Shown: piece by piece, positions 1 through 9,728 of the stretch
How the letters are laid out: each line of letters begins with the position of its first letter
Position numbering within the stretch: the stretch's first letter is position 1
From: a bacterium
GTDB taxonomy: Bacteria; DRYD01
Length of the DNA stretch: 64,000 bases
Direction: 5' to 3'
Assembly (NCBI GenBank): GCA_039630415.1
Contig: JBCNVB010000025.1
Span: forward strand, 11,419 to 75,418
Position numbers and translations under genes: made by a program
The notes under the pieces: generated by a model
Database searches by the model: none
Told to the model about the DNA's origin: nothing
Seen by the model: the letters and a program-made list of their open reading frames with translations, nothing else

Positions 1-79
1 CCAAAAAAAGATATCAATACTGCCAGGAAATAATTCAAGATTTAACTCCCTACATAATCACTTTCTCTAAAAAATAGCA

Positions 80-721
80 ATGATGACACCTATCGAAAAA
101 ATAGGTTCCAACATTTACAAATTAACATTAGGTCCATTTTGGACTAACAATTATCTAATCATAAAAAATAACCAATCACTGTTAATAGATTGCACTAGTA
201 GTTATGAAATTTGTGAACTAATAAAAAGCTTGAATTGCCAGCTGATAGGAATTATTCTAACACATGGACATATAGATCATACCTCAGCTGTAAAAAAAAT
301 ATCCCAAAAGTTTAATTTAATTCCCTACATGAATAGCCAGGACGATATACAACTAAAGATAGCTATGGAAACTTACCAGGAATATGGGTTTACTGAGTAT
401 GAAATGTTTGAATATCAACATATAGATGAAGGTGATTTGATAATTGGAGATTTTAGGATAAAAGTTATACATACTCCTGGTCATACACAAGGAAGCTGTT
501 GCTTTCTGTATGAAGATATTCTCTTTTCCGGTGATACAATTTTTAGAGAATCTATAGGAAGAACAGATTTGCCAGGTGGATCATTTGAATTAATTTTATC
601 AAGTATACATAGTAAAATACTTCCGCTAGATGATAATATTTTAGTTCTTCCAGGACATGGACCAATTACTTCTATCAAACACGAAAAAAAATATAACCCC
701 TTCGTAAATGCTTATTCGTAG
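80..721 (+). CDS. MBL-fold metallo-hydrolase (glyoxalase II-like)
   Basis: 213-aa ORF with LTHGHIDH, HTPGHT and PGHGP motifs typical of the metallo-beta-lactamase fold. Confidence 0.8.
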   Translation: MMTPIEKIGSNIYKLTLGPFWTNNYLIIKNNQSLLIDCTSSYEICELIKSLNCQLIGIILTHGHIDHTSAVKKISQKFNLIPYMNSQDDIQLKIAMETYQEYGFTEYEMFEYQHIDEGDLIIGDFRIKVIHTPGHTQGSCCFLYEDILFSGDTIFRESIGRTDLPGGSFELILSSIHSKILPLDDNILVLPGHGPITSIKHEKKYNPFVNAYS

Positions 722-725
722 ATTA

Positions 726-2806
726 CTAGTAAATAGGTATAAACTTACCCGAACGATCTATCCCGATGTTTATACCCACTATTGGTAAAGCTTTTAAATA
801 AGCATAAATATAAAACTGTCTAACAGTACTCCTGTAAACCAAGTAACTAACCCAGCAATGATTATCTTTAACCAAAACAAAATCGATATAGTCAATCTTA
901 TTTGTGAAAGTATTATAGTTTAGCCAAGCAGTAAGTCTAATATCCTTAGTAACATACCAATCCACATTCGTGTTTATATTACCCACTTTTCCTCTCCTAA
1001 AATCATAACTAGTAATAATACTTGCATAAAATTTTTGGGAAGGAAAATACTTTAAGTTTATGGATATAGGAGAAATTATTCCCCGGTTAAGGTTGTAGCT
1101 AGTAGATAAGTTCAGGTCGAAAGTTTTATTATCAAAGACAGATAAGTTAGCAGTTAAGTTTTGATAAGTTCCCGTAAAATCTGCAAATATTGGAGCAAAA
1201 CCTTTACCAAAATTATATGTATAGTTGATACTCAATCTAAATGACTTTTTGTTTATAGATAAATTCGAATTGAACGAATTGACATATGAAGCATGAAAAT
1301 TTCTATCAGCATAGTATTTACCTGTATTGTAAAAATTTTGTTTGAAAAAACCAGTTGTAACCCAAGAAATCCCTTCACCTTTGATATGATTTATCACATA
1401 ATTAACCAATATGTGATACTTTGTTGTTTTTCTTTTAAATGAAGGTTCAGTATACTTACCAATAAAAAATGAAGGAGATAAAGTTACCCTATCTTTGTAT
1501 TTTATGGGTCTATTGATTACAATTAAAACTTCTGGAAGTTTATTGACTCCAAAAAAACCAAAATTATTCTTAGTGTTGTCTATCAATAGTGAAATGTTAT
1601 ACAATTTAGAATTGTAGTAGAGTGAGAAATTTAGATTTTCATTAACCTGATGTGTATTTGTAAGAAAATACGTGTTCGAATTTTCTACCCAATTCAATGT
1701 AAAATTCAAATTTTTAAAATTACCCGCAACATTTAAAAATTGATTGGAAGAACTAAAATATCCCTCAGTAGAAGTTCTATTAGCATTATAGTTTATATTT
1801 ATATCCTTAATGGTTGTAGTAATCCCATAAGAAATTGTTTCATTTAAGGGAGACACAAAGTTTCTGTAGATAGACCTGTTACTAGAATATCTGAAATAGG
1901 CAGTAGTATTTTTGTAGTATAAATTTATGTCAGAATTTATATTTCTGTACCCACTACCGTATTTTTTATTATTGTTAACAAACAAGTAATTTCTAGTTTC
2001 TATTTTTATATCACGAATATTGAAAGAAAAAAAGTTAGATATACCGTAATACAAGCCAGTTTTCTGAGCATATTTAGATAAAATTCTACCATAGTTAGTA
2101 TTTGAGAAGTAATAATCTATGTTACGGATAATGAAGAATCCATCAACTTCATTGTATCCAACTTGAGGAAAAACTGAAGTATCTTCTTGGGGTAATCCCC
2201 TGGGTAATTTTTTTCTCTTTAAGGGTATTATCAATTTCCTATATCCCAACACCTTTTTTTTGTATAAAAACAGTTTAGAGCTTGTTAATATCATTTTATC
2301 ATCGGGTATAACTTCAACTTCATATGCACCTAACAAGTAATGCTTATCATCGAAGCAATTGTAATGATCCAAATTACACGTAGAAAACTTAACGTTATTG
2401 AATATGTACTTATTAGAAAATATTTTAAAATTAGAATATTCAAAGAAGAGTTTATCAACTAATTCAAATTCTGGTTTAGATGCTATATATCCTGATCCCT
2501 TTTGTCCAGTAATAAACTCTATCTTACCTTGATCGGTGTACTGTGCTTGAGTATTTGAGGATACTAACTCATCTCCAGTAACTAGATTTTTTATGTAGGT
2601 TTTCTCCGGGAATATTATTTTTTTTTGAACTTTATCAATAATAGCTTTGGAAGATTTTATCCAGTATTGATCAGAATAGATTTCTATGTATTGACTAGCT
2701 ACGATTTTTTCTGGATCCGAGGTGATTTCTGGAGAGTATATTATTAAATTGGTTTGACTAGCTTGAGCTTTACATAGTAAGATTAATAAGATAAAAAAAA
2801 AATCAT
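726..2806 (-). CDS. lptD: LptD/OstA-like outer-membrane LPS-assembly protein; start region broken by 1 nt in a T10 run
   Basis: Long beta-rich, Asn/Tyr/Phe-rich ORF ending in an aromatic residue. It has an OstA-like N-terminal part and an FSTC...Y.LGA.EVEV...L...KLF...K.LGY..L.IPL segment resembling LptD. The tracked TTG start (2846) lies inside tRNA-Trp. An out-of-frame ATG at 2806 plus one extra T would give the signal peptide MIFFFILLILLCKAQA. Confidence 0.55.
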
Positions 2807-2815
2807 GTTCTAGAG

Positions 2816-2889
2816 CAGGGCGGAGAGGATTTGAACCCCCGACCAATGGATTTGGAGTCCACCGCTCTACCAGACTGAGCTACCGCCCT
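2816..2889 (-). tRNA. tRNA-Trp (anticodon CCA), no encoded CCA end
   Basis: Hand-folded cloverleaf: acceptor AGGGCGG/CCGCCCT, D stem GCTC/GAGC, anticodon stem GTGGA/TCCAT with loop CTCCAAA, T loop TTCAAAT; 74 nt. Confidence 0.9.
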
Positions 2890-2913
2890 TCCCTTTATCT
2901 CTTTGACAACCAC

Positions 2914-3204
2914 CTAACTTATCCTCTTCCTCGTATAATTTGAATACCATCTACTTAACACATACCTCCAAAACAATCCACTGAATAGTAGGTAAACTAG
3001 AAAACCTAAACTATAATAATAAAAGTTCGGAAAAATCCTTATAAACAGTAAAATAAGCAAAACAATTATCGAGTATCTGAAGAAACTATACATAAAAAAA
3101 TCTGGCTTACTTTTCATTAGAATATATGCTATTCTACTAACACCATCAATAAAGATTAGTAAAAAAAGGAAGAGAATAAAAATAAAAAGCTCAAGCACAT
3201 TCAT
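2914..3204 (-). CDS. small polytopic membrane protein of unknown function
   Basis: 96-aa ORF with about three hydrophobic helices. Its ATG overlaps the pilT stop as ATGA (3204..3201). Confidence 0.4.
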   Translation of the reverse strand: MNVLELFIFILFLFLLIFIDGVSRIAYILMKSKPDFFMYSFFRYSIIVLLILLFIRIFPNFYYYSLGFLVYLLFSGLFWRYVLSRWYSNYTRKRIS

Positions 3205-4250
3205 TCAATTAGCCTAGCTATAACCTCCCTGTTTATTGCATATCTGTAAGCAGTTTCCTTAGTTATTATCCCTTTTTTGTACAATTCACTTAACCTTGAT
3301 TCTAAGGATATCATTCCCGCTTCTCTTCCGGTGTATAGAACATTGTATAATTGGTGATGTTCTCCCTTTCTTATTAAGTTTCTGACAGCAGTATTGGCAA
3401 CCACCACTTCATAAGCCACTACTAAACCTCCCTCAATCGTAGGGACTAAAATCTGAGATATGGATCCATTGAGAATGTTCGCTAATTGAGTCCTTACTTG
3501 ACTCTGTTGAGAAGAGGGAAATACATCTACTATTCTATCTATTGTGTTGACTATTCCAAAAGTATGAAGCGTTGAAAATACTAAGTGTCCTGTTTCTGCC
3601 GCTGTTAAAGCTAGTGATATACTTTCCATGTCCCTCATCTCACCAATTAAAATAACATCAGGATCCTGTCTTAAAACATGTCTAAGTGCTTCATTAAACG
3701 AAAGAGTATCTACACCTATCTCCCTTTGATGTATCACAGACTTTTTGTTTATATGAATGTACTCAATCGGATCCTCAACGGTAATAATATGTTTAGAGTA
3801 GTTATTGTTTATATAATCTATCATAGCAGCTAGTGTAGTTGATTTGCCTACACCAGTTGGACCAGTTACCAAAAAGAATCCTCTTTCATATGAAGCCATA
3901 TCGGCAAGTACACTCGGTAGACCTAATTCTTCAATTGTTTTTATTTTTAAGGGTATGGATCTAATAGCAGCTGCTATAGTACCTCTTTGAAAATACAGAT
4001 TTCCCCTAAATCTACCTATCCCTTCCAAAGTATATGAAAAATCAAGTTCCTTTTTCTTTTCAAACTCCTCAATTTGTTCAGATGTAAGAATAGCAAAAAC
4101 CATACTTCTAATCATATCATTAGTCAAGGGTGGGAAATTGAGGGCCTTCAATTTCCCTTTAATCCTAAAAATAGGAGGTGAACCTACACCCAAATGTAGG
4201 TCACTAGCCTCAAACTTATGCATATTCTCTAACAATTCAAATATTAGCAT
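3201..4250 (-). CDS. pilT: type IV pilus retraction ATPase PilT
   Basis: ASDLHL..GSPP, Walker A GPTGVGKST, Asp box and His box (TGHLVFSTLHT), AIRNLIR-like motif. ATG at 4250 is preceded by AGGTGG; the tracked TTG at 4268 is less likely. Confidence 0.9.
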   Translation of the reverse strand: MLIFELLENMHKFEASDLHLGVGSPPIFRIKGKLKALNFPPLTNDMIRSMVFAILTSEQIEEFEKKKELDFSYTLEGIGRFRGNLYFQRGTIAAAIRSIPLKIKTIEELGLPSVLADMASYERGFFLVTGPTGVGKSTTLAAMIDYINNNYSKHIITVEDPIEYIHINKKSVIHQREIGVDTLSFNEALRHVLRQDPDVILIGEMRDMESISLALTAAETGHLVFSTLHTFGIVNTIDRIVDVFPSSQQSQVRTQLANILNGSISQILVPTIEGGLVVAYEVVVANTAVRNLIRKGEHHQLYNVLYTGREAGMISLESRLSELYKKGIITKETAYRYAINREVIARLIE

Positions 4251-5421
4251 TTTCCAACCACCTACCAATCTCAGTTATCTCCACATTCTTGTAATAATAT
4301 TTTACGATCTCTTTATATGTAAACCCCCTTTTAGCTAGTTCATTAGCTCCAAATTGACACATTCCTACACCGTGCCCAAATCCTACACCCTCAAATAACA
4401 CATTTCCTCCCCTTAAAACAGTATGTGTAAAATATGGACTTCTTATTTTACTATATCCTATCATTTTCCTCAATTCCCAGTTATACAAACTATAAACTAC
4501 TCCTTGATTGTAGACGATATATGTTTTAAAACTATTAGTATAAACATTTTCAATCGAATATACTTTGTTTTTTGTAACCTTTTGTAAAATTTGGGCAAGA
4601 TTGTAAATTTCTATCTCTAGATTCCATTTTTTCCCCTGATAAGGGCAATCTGTGGAAGAAAGGTAATCTTGTGAAGATTCTATTCTATTTTTGAATACGA
4701 GTCTACCATCAAGAGTATGTCCACCACAGTTAGAATGGTATAAGGCCCAAATCGGTTGGTTGTCATACAGTATAATTAAGTCTTTAGTTTCAAGAACCGC
4801 CTGATCCGTTCTTGAAGTTTCTTTATCTTTTCCGTAGTAAGCTTGATCTAGCACAGTAGAGTACAAGTCAAAAATTTGTTGTTTTTTTCTACGTTCAATG
4901 GCAACTCTTATTGCATAAGTTCTTGCAGCGATTGCCTGAGCTTTCAAAGCCTCCATATGCCAAGAAGAAGGCATCTCCGAAGGAACTACAGCCCTAAGAT
5001 AATCCTCCATACTAACTAGATTTATCAAAAGATAATATCCATTCTCCGGTACTATTAAAAATTTACCCCTATACCTTCTGTCTTTGTACAGCAAATCCTC
5101 ACTAGATAAGAGCATCAAATCCTTATAATTTTCAATAGTATTAACACTATCATACATATGATCATAGTAGAATTTTAGAATAGGATTAAGGGTTATGATA
5201 GTTAGTTGATTAGCCAAAGTAAATCCACCTTGGTAGATAGTGGGGAAAGTATATGTAGAATATCTCAAACTTATTCCATTTCCCTTAAATACTATGTTTG
5301 TTTGATCCTTTTCCATCCTTTCTATTAGTACTCTTAAAGTTTCAAGTTCTTGCTTTGTTATACTATAGCATGTAGCCATTATTAAACATAGGAGAGCTAA
5401 TACAAATAAAAATTTTTTCAT
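4237..5421 (-). CDS. spoIID: SpoIID/LytB-domain protein (peptidoglycan lytic enzyme or activator)
   Basis: Signal peptide; EMPSSWHMEALKAQAIAARTYA and HSNCGGHT motifs. Confidence 0.8.
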   Translation of the reverse strand: MKKFLFVLALLCLIMATCYSITKQELETLRVLIERMEKDQTNIVFKGNGISLRYSTYTFPTIYQGGFTLANQLTIITLNPILKFYYDHMYDSVNTIENYKDLMLLSSEDLLYKDRRYRGKFLIVPENGYYLLINLVSMEDYLRAVVPSEMPSSWHMEALKAQAIAARTYAIRVAIERRKKQQIFDLYSTVLDQAYYGKDKETSRTDQAVLETKDLIILYDNQPIWALYHSNCGGHTLDGRLVFKNRIESSQDYLSSTDCPYQGKKWNLEIEIYNLAQILQKVTKNKVYSIENVYTNSFKTYIVYNQGVVYSLYNWELRKMIGYSKIRSPYFTHTVLRGGNVLFEGVGFGHGVGMCQFGANELAKRGFTYKEIVKYYYKNVEITEIGRWLENANI

Positions 5422-5427
5422 ATTTTG

Positions 5428-6273
5428 TTACCTCCTCAGGAGTTTATATAGGTTTTGCACGGTAGATAAGTTACATAGTAACCCTATACCTCCTGGGACA
5501 ATAGATACTGCTTTTGCTATTCCCTTTACCCTTTCTATATCCACATCACCTTTAATAACACCATTAACAACTTCGAATCCCACATCAATTACTACTGAAT
5601 TTTGATTTACAAATTTTTCATTTATAAGACCTACTTTCCCAGTGGCAGAAATTATTATGTCCGCCTTATTACACTTTTCTTCAGGATTAACACTATGTTC
5701 ATTAAGAATTTGAACAGTACAGTTGTATTTCAACATGAAGTTAGCTATAGCCAATCCTGTATATAAACTTTTACCAAGAACCACTATATCTTTCCTTTCA
5801 AAATCTATCTCATAATGATCAAGCATCAGGTAAACAGCATTTGCAACAGACGGAATAACTAATTCTGATAATTCCTCTTTCATAGCTGTTAAGAATCTAT
5901 AATAATTATAAGGATTCAAACAATCTAAGTCTTTGTATATATTTATTTCCCCTAAACATTCGTTACTAAACCCTTGAGGAAGAGGTAACTCAACATTTAT
6001 ACCCACAGTTTTCGGATCTTTTGAAAAATATCCGATTAATTCTATAAATTCCTCCTGATTCTGTGGATTAACTAGCTCAACTTGTAGACCAAGACTAGAA
6101 AATATTTTACTCTGATTGATAGAAAAATAGTTATTATTTCTGGTTTTGAAGTAAAAAACAGCTACTCTATAATCTGACGGTTTATTAAGAATAGAGTGGA
6201 TTTTATTTTTGTATACTTCAAGATACTCCTTGTAGAATTTTCCACTAAGAAGTATAGTTTTTAAACCTTTCAT
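5428..6273 (-). CDS. folD: diverged FolD-like methylene-THF dehydrogenase/cyclohydrolase
   Basis: Length and collinear motifs (ELPLP, KDLD, VVLGKS..G, ADIIISATG, VIDVG, VPGGIG), but several canonical residues differ. Confidence 0.6.
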   Translation of the reverse strand: MKGLKTILLSGKFYKEYLEVYKNKIHSILNKPSDYRVAVFYFKTRNNNYFSINQSKIFSSLGLQVELVNPQNQEEFIELIGYFSKDPKTVGINVELPLPQGFSNECLGEINIYKDLDCLNPYNYYRFLTAMKEELSELVIPSVANAVYLMLDHYEIDFERKDIVVLGKSLYTGLAIANFMLKYNCTVQILNEHSVNPEEKCNKADIIISATGKVGLINEKFVNQNSVVIDVGFEVVNGVIKGDVDIERVKGIAKAVSIVPGGIGLLCNLSTVQNLYKLLRR

Positions 6274-6274
6274 C

Positions 6275-6931
6275 TTACGGTTTTGTTAAGTGACCGGGGA
6301 TAATTTTGATTCTATGCGGTGGGAAAATTATCATAACTGCTTTTGCTTTTATTTGTTTTGAATTTACAAAAGGCTCAGACCATAGGTGACTATCATAACT
6401 GTTAGGTCTATTATCACCCAAAAAAAAGTAACTATCCGCAGGAACTTTCACAGGACCATAATCATAATAATCCTTATACACTACATACTCCTCAGCATAG
6501 TAAACATCATTGACATATAATCTACCATCAACTATCATTATTTTATCATTGGGTTTACCAATTAGCCTTTTTATGTACAGCCTATCGTCTACAGGAGGTT
6601 TAAATATGACAATATCCCCTCTTTCAAAGTTCAATACACCATCTTTATAAAACCAGTGTTTATTAAGTCCAATAACAACATCACCAGGTTTTAGATAAGG
6701 CTCCATTGATGAGGAAGGTATAATATATAGTCTTCCAACTATTAAGATGAACAAAAGTGCAAAAACAGCTGCCGTAAGAATACTATCAACCCACTCCAAA
6801 ACAGTCTTCTTCGTTAATTTTCTAAGAAATGAAGGTAACCAAAATTTAGGAAATGAAAAGATATCCTTGGCTATCCCTATTCTTATTAAAAGTGTAGTGA
6901 TTACTAGAACAAATAGCCCCCATTCACTCAT
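6275..6931 (-). CDS. lepB: signal peptidase I
   Basis: N-terminal TM, SSSMEPYL (catalytic Ser), YIKRLIG (Lys box), GDNRPNSYDS. Confidence 0.85.
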   Translation of the reverse strand: MSEWGLFVLVITTLLIRIGIAKDIFSFPKFWLPSFLRKLTKKTVLEWVDSILTAAVFALLFILIVGRLYIIPSSSMEPYLKPGDVVIGLNKHWFYKDGVLNFERGDIVIFKPPVDDRLYIKRLIGKPNDKIMIVDGRLYVNDVYYAEEYVVYKDYYDYGPVKVPADSYFFLGDNRPNSYDSHLWSEPFVNSKQIKAKAVMIIFPPHRIKIIPGHLTKP

Positions 6932-7758
6932 TAACTATTGTTTATATTCTTAACTATTTCTTGATAGTCCTCTAGATCCTGCCTTTTATCTATATTGAAG
7001 GCCAAATTAGCAAAAGTGGTTAACAACCCTTGAGGTTTTATACCAAATACTCTTTCAACCTGTTCCTCTAACTGCAAAACCGTAATCCTACCTAAAATCA
7101 GATTTAGCAACCAAAGAAAATTAATCCTAAACAACCTAGCCATTTTTAATGGATTTTTTCTATTTTCTATGATATAAATTAAATTGTCCCATATCTTAAG
7201 TAAGGACCTTTTATTTACAATAACTATTCCCGTTCCACAAAACTTGTCCCTTGCTAATTTTACAAAAGTTCTGTTTCTTATAGCTTTTTTACCCAATTGA
7301 ACTATATATGACTCAATACTTACAAAAGGGTAAAATAAATCACCATCAAGTATGGAAAATCTCATAATGATATCTTCAACAGCTTCGCTAGTAACCAGAG
7401 GTGTATCTGTTGCAATAAAACATATGTAATCATCATCTTGTAGGTAATTTTTAATTGCTTGAAAAGAATTATCGATAGTTTGGTATAATTTTTGTCCTCC
7501 TAAAACCAGCTCAACAGGGTAATTCGTAGTTAACTGCTTAAAATCATTTTCATAATTTAGAGGATAAGTCACAATCGATCTATTTATATGTACGTCAAGT
7601 TTTTGATAATTTACAGAAAAAAAAGCATTCATAACAGTTTCTAAGATAGTAGTTTTCAGGTGAGTTTGTATCAAAGCTTTGGGTTTATCATCTAGCAAAC
7701 CAGAAGCTAAAAAAACTAAGCTTAGATTTCTTTTTTTTGAGCTAGTAATAGTATCCAT
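6931..7758 (-). CDS. hypothetical protein, possibly a MobA-like nucleotidyltransferase fold
   Basis: 275-aa ORF; LVFLASG...KPKAL and FIATDTPLV resemble NTP-transferase motifs; weak. Confidence 0.35.
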   Translation of the reverse strand: MDTITSSKKRNLSLVFLASGLLDDKPKALIQTHLKTTILETVMNAFFSVNYQKLDVHINRSIVTYPLNYENDFKQLTTNYPVELVLGGQKLYQTIDNSFQAIKNYLQDDDYICFIATDTPLVTSEAVEDIIMRFSILDGDLFYPFVSIESYIVQLGKKAIRNRTFVKLARDKFCGTGIVIVNKRSLLKIWDNLIYIIENRKNPLKMARLFRINFLWLLNLILGRITVLQLEEQVERVFGIKPQGLLTTFANLAFNIDKRQDLEDYQEIVKNINNS

Positions 7759-8627
7759 TCTTGTAAACTATTTGTCTGCCATCGATAGTTAGACAAATAA
7801 TTATCAAAATTTTCTTCATCCATTCTTTTGATAAATAATTCTTCACTTTCGCCTCTTATCTTCCTTATTCCGGACATAATTATAAGATCAAAAAAAATAT
7901 TTTCATTAGCAAAAAACTTAAATACCATACCGAGAACTATTGAAGGCACATTGATTATTAAAATCGCCTTATCAAAATTCGAAAGCAATTTTTTAAAATT
8001 AATCATCTTGGGATTGTTCGAGAGCATACAGCCAACCTCAACTTTATTATAGTTATAATTATTGATAGCTTCTTTTAGATAGGAAAATTCACAGTCTATA
8101 GATATTACATAGCTGTTAGGAACTAGTTTTTTGCAAGCTATGGAAAGAATCCCGCTTCCGGAACCATAATCCAAAATCACTACCCTTGAGCTCTGATATT
8201 GTTTCAGTATTTTAAGATTATTGAGTATAAGTTTAGTGGTTGGATGAGTTCCAGTTCCTTCTGCAAAACTCAATGACCTTATTATTATCGGTATTTTTGA
8301 ATACTCTCCTAAACGAGGAGTTATTATAAAATCATCTAATTCCACATCCTCCGTTAAATCTATAATTAATTTCTCATACTCTTCTTGACTAATATATGAA
8401 TACCAAATCCTAAAATCCAGCCCCTTAAGATTATCGTAAATATAACTGTATAGTTCTCTACAAAAAGAACTAAACTTTTTGGGAATAATCATCAAAGTTG
8501 GCGGATTAATGCTTCTAAAAGCTACTAACTTGACACTTAAAAGAGTAATAAAGCAAACAATTCTGGAAGATACTTGTAAATCCTTAAAAGCAATATTTAC
8601 AACCAGTTCCATATGGTGCACTATCAA
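7722..8627 (-). CDS. prmA: ribosomal protein L11 methyltransferase-like SAM-dependent methyltransferase
   Basis: AFGTG.HPTT-like FAEGTGTHPTTKL, then the SAM motif ILDYGSGSGILSI. The start may be the internal ATG at 8612. Confidence 0.65.
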   Translation of the reverse strand: MIVHHMELVVNIAFKDLQVSSRIVCFITLLSVKLVAFRSINPPTLMIIPKKFSSFCRELYSYIYDNLKGLDFRIWYSYISQEEYEKLIIDLTEDVELDDFIITPRLGEYSKIPIIIRSLSFAEGTGTHPTTKLILNNLKILKQYQSSRVVILDYGSGSGILSIACKKLVPNSYVISIDCEFSYLKEAINNYNYNKVEVGCMLSNNPKMINFKKLLSNFDKAILIINVPSIVLGMVFKFFANENIFFDLIIMSGIRKIRGESEELFIKRMDEENFDNYLSNYRWQTNSLQEWILLLAQKKEI

Positions 8628-8633
8628 TTGAAC

Positions 8634-9140
8634 TTATCTTCTAAACTTATGGACCACTATGTAGTAAACAAGCTTTCTAGATAGCTTGTTTTGATAATTT
8701 ACTGATCTTCTGTTGTAAACATAAAAAGCAATTTCATACACCATATATGAATTGAACAAGGGTACTGAGTCTATTTTCCAATATATCATGTCACTTATTT
8801 TTCTGACTCTAGTTTTAGTTTCACCGCGTATGAATCTCAAAGTTTCATGTAATTGTTTTGGTTTACTTTTATATAGCACGAAGGTAGTTTTATCAAGATG
8901 AATCTCATCCCTTTCTTGAGTTTGAACAATATTGACATAGTACGAAGAAATAAGTTCATCTTCTATTCTTATGCCTATTTCTTTGGCTTCAAGCGAGTCA
9001 GAACTTAAAAACATCCATTCATTCTTAGCTCTTTGATATACTGCAGTTACTTGAGCTATTATTGTAATTAGGAAAGAAAATATCGCTATTACTATTACCA
9101 ATTCCACCAAAGAAAAAGCAAATTTACTATTAGTTTTCAT
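8634..9140 (-). CDS. pseudopilin / minor pilin-like protein
   Basis: Class III signal-like N-terminus ..KFA/FSLVELVIVIAIF with Glu5. Confidence 0.55.
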   Translation of the reverse strand: MKTNSKFAFSLVELVIVIAIFSFLITIIAQVTAVYQRAKNEWMFLSSDSLEAKEIGIRIEDELISSYYVNIVQTQERDEIHLDKTTFVLYKSKPKQLHETLRFIRGETKTRVRKISDMIYWKIDSVPLFNSYMVYEIAFYVYNRRSVNYQNKLSRKLVYYIVVHKFRR

Positions 9141-9150
9141 AATTTAATCA

Positions 9151-9726
9151 CTACACTTCATGTTCTGAACTTACTGTTTGGTCTTGATCATAATTGTTAT
9201 TCCCTGGTTGAGATGGAGGACGAGGATTATAATAAAGTTCTTGAACAAAATAAACAGGAAAAACGAAATCTGTCTTTGCTCTTTTTCTAGTGGATAAAAT
9301 TTTGTAATTTATAATACATTTATAGTATATTTTATAGATCTTCTTATCGTTTGATGGATCTTCATCTTGCTCATCCCCATCAATCTGCTTATTTGCCAAA
9401 TGCAATCTTCGCACCTCTTGTGGTGATAACTTTTCCACTGATATTTCCTCTATCTCTATCTCCCTTAAATCTTGATCACGCTTTAAATTATTTCTTATAA
9501 CTTCGTAAACTATAGTAGCTATGTCTTGTCCATAAAGCACATAACCCTGCATACGTGAAAAATACAAATATATTTGAAACTCAGCTTTTTTAGATATTAC
9601 ATCACCAAACATTGTCTTATATTGAGCGATTTGAATAGAGTAAACCGCAATAAGAAAAACAGTTATAGCCAAAGCTACTATACCTATACACGTCATAATC
9701 TCAATTAAAGTAAAACCTTTCCTCAT
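9151..9726 (-). CDS. pseudopilin / minor pilin-like protein
   Basis: Prepilin motif MRKG/FTLIEIMT followed by a hydrophobic helix. Confidence 0.65.
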   Translation of the reverse strand: MRKGFTLIEIMTCIGIVALAITVFLIAVYSIQIAQYKTMFGDVISKKAEFQIYLYFSRMQGYVLYGQDIATIVYEVIRNNLKRDQDLREIEIEEISVEKLSPQEVRRLHLANKQIDGDEQDEDPSNDKKIYKIYYKCIINYKILSTRKRAKTDFVFPVYFVQELYYNPRPPSQPGNNNYDQDQTVSSEHEV

Positions 9727-9728
9727 TA

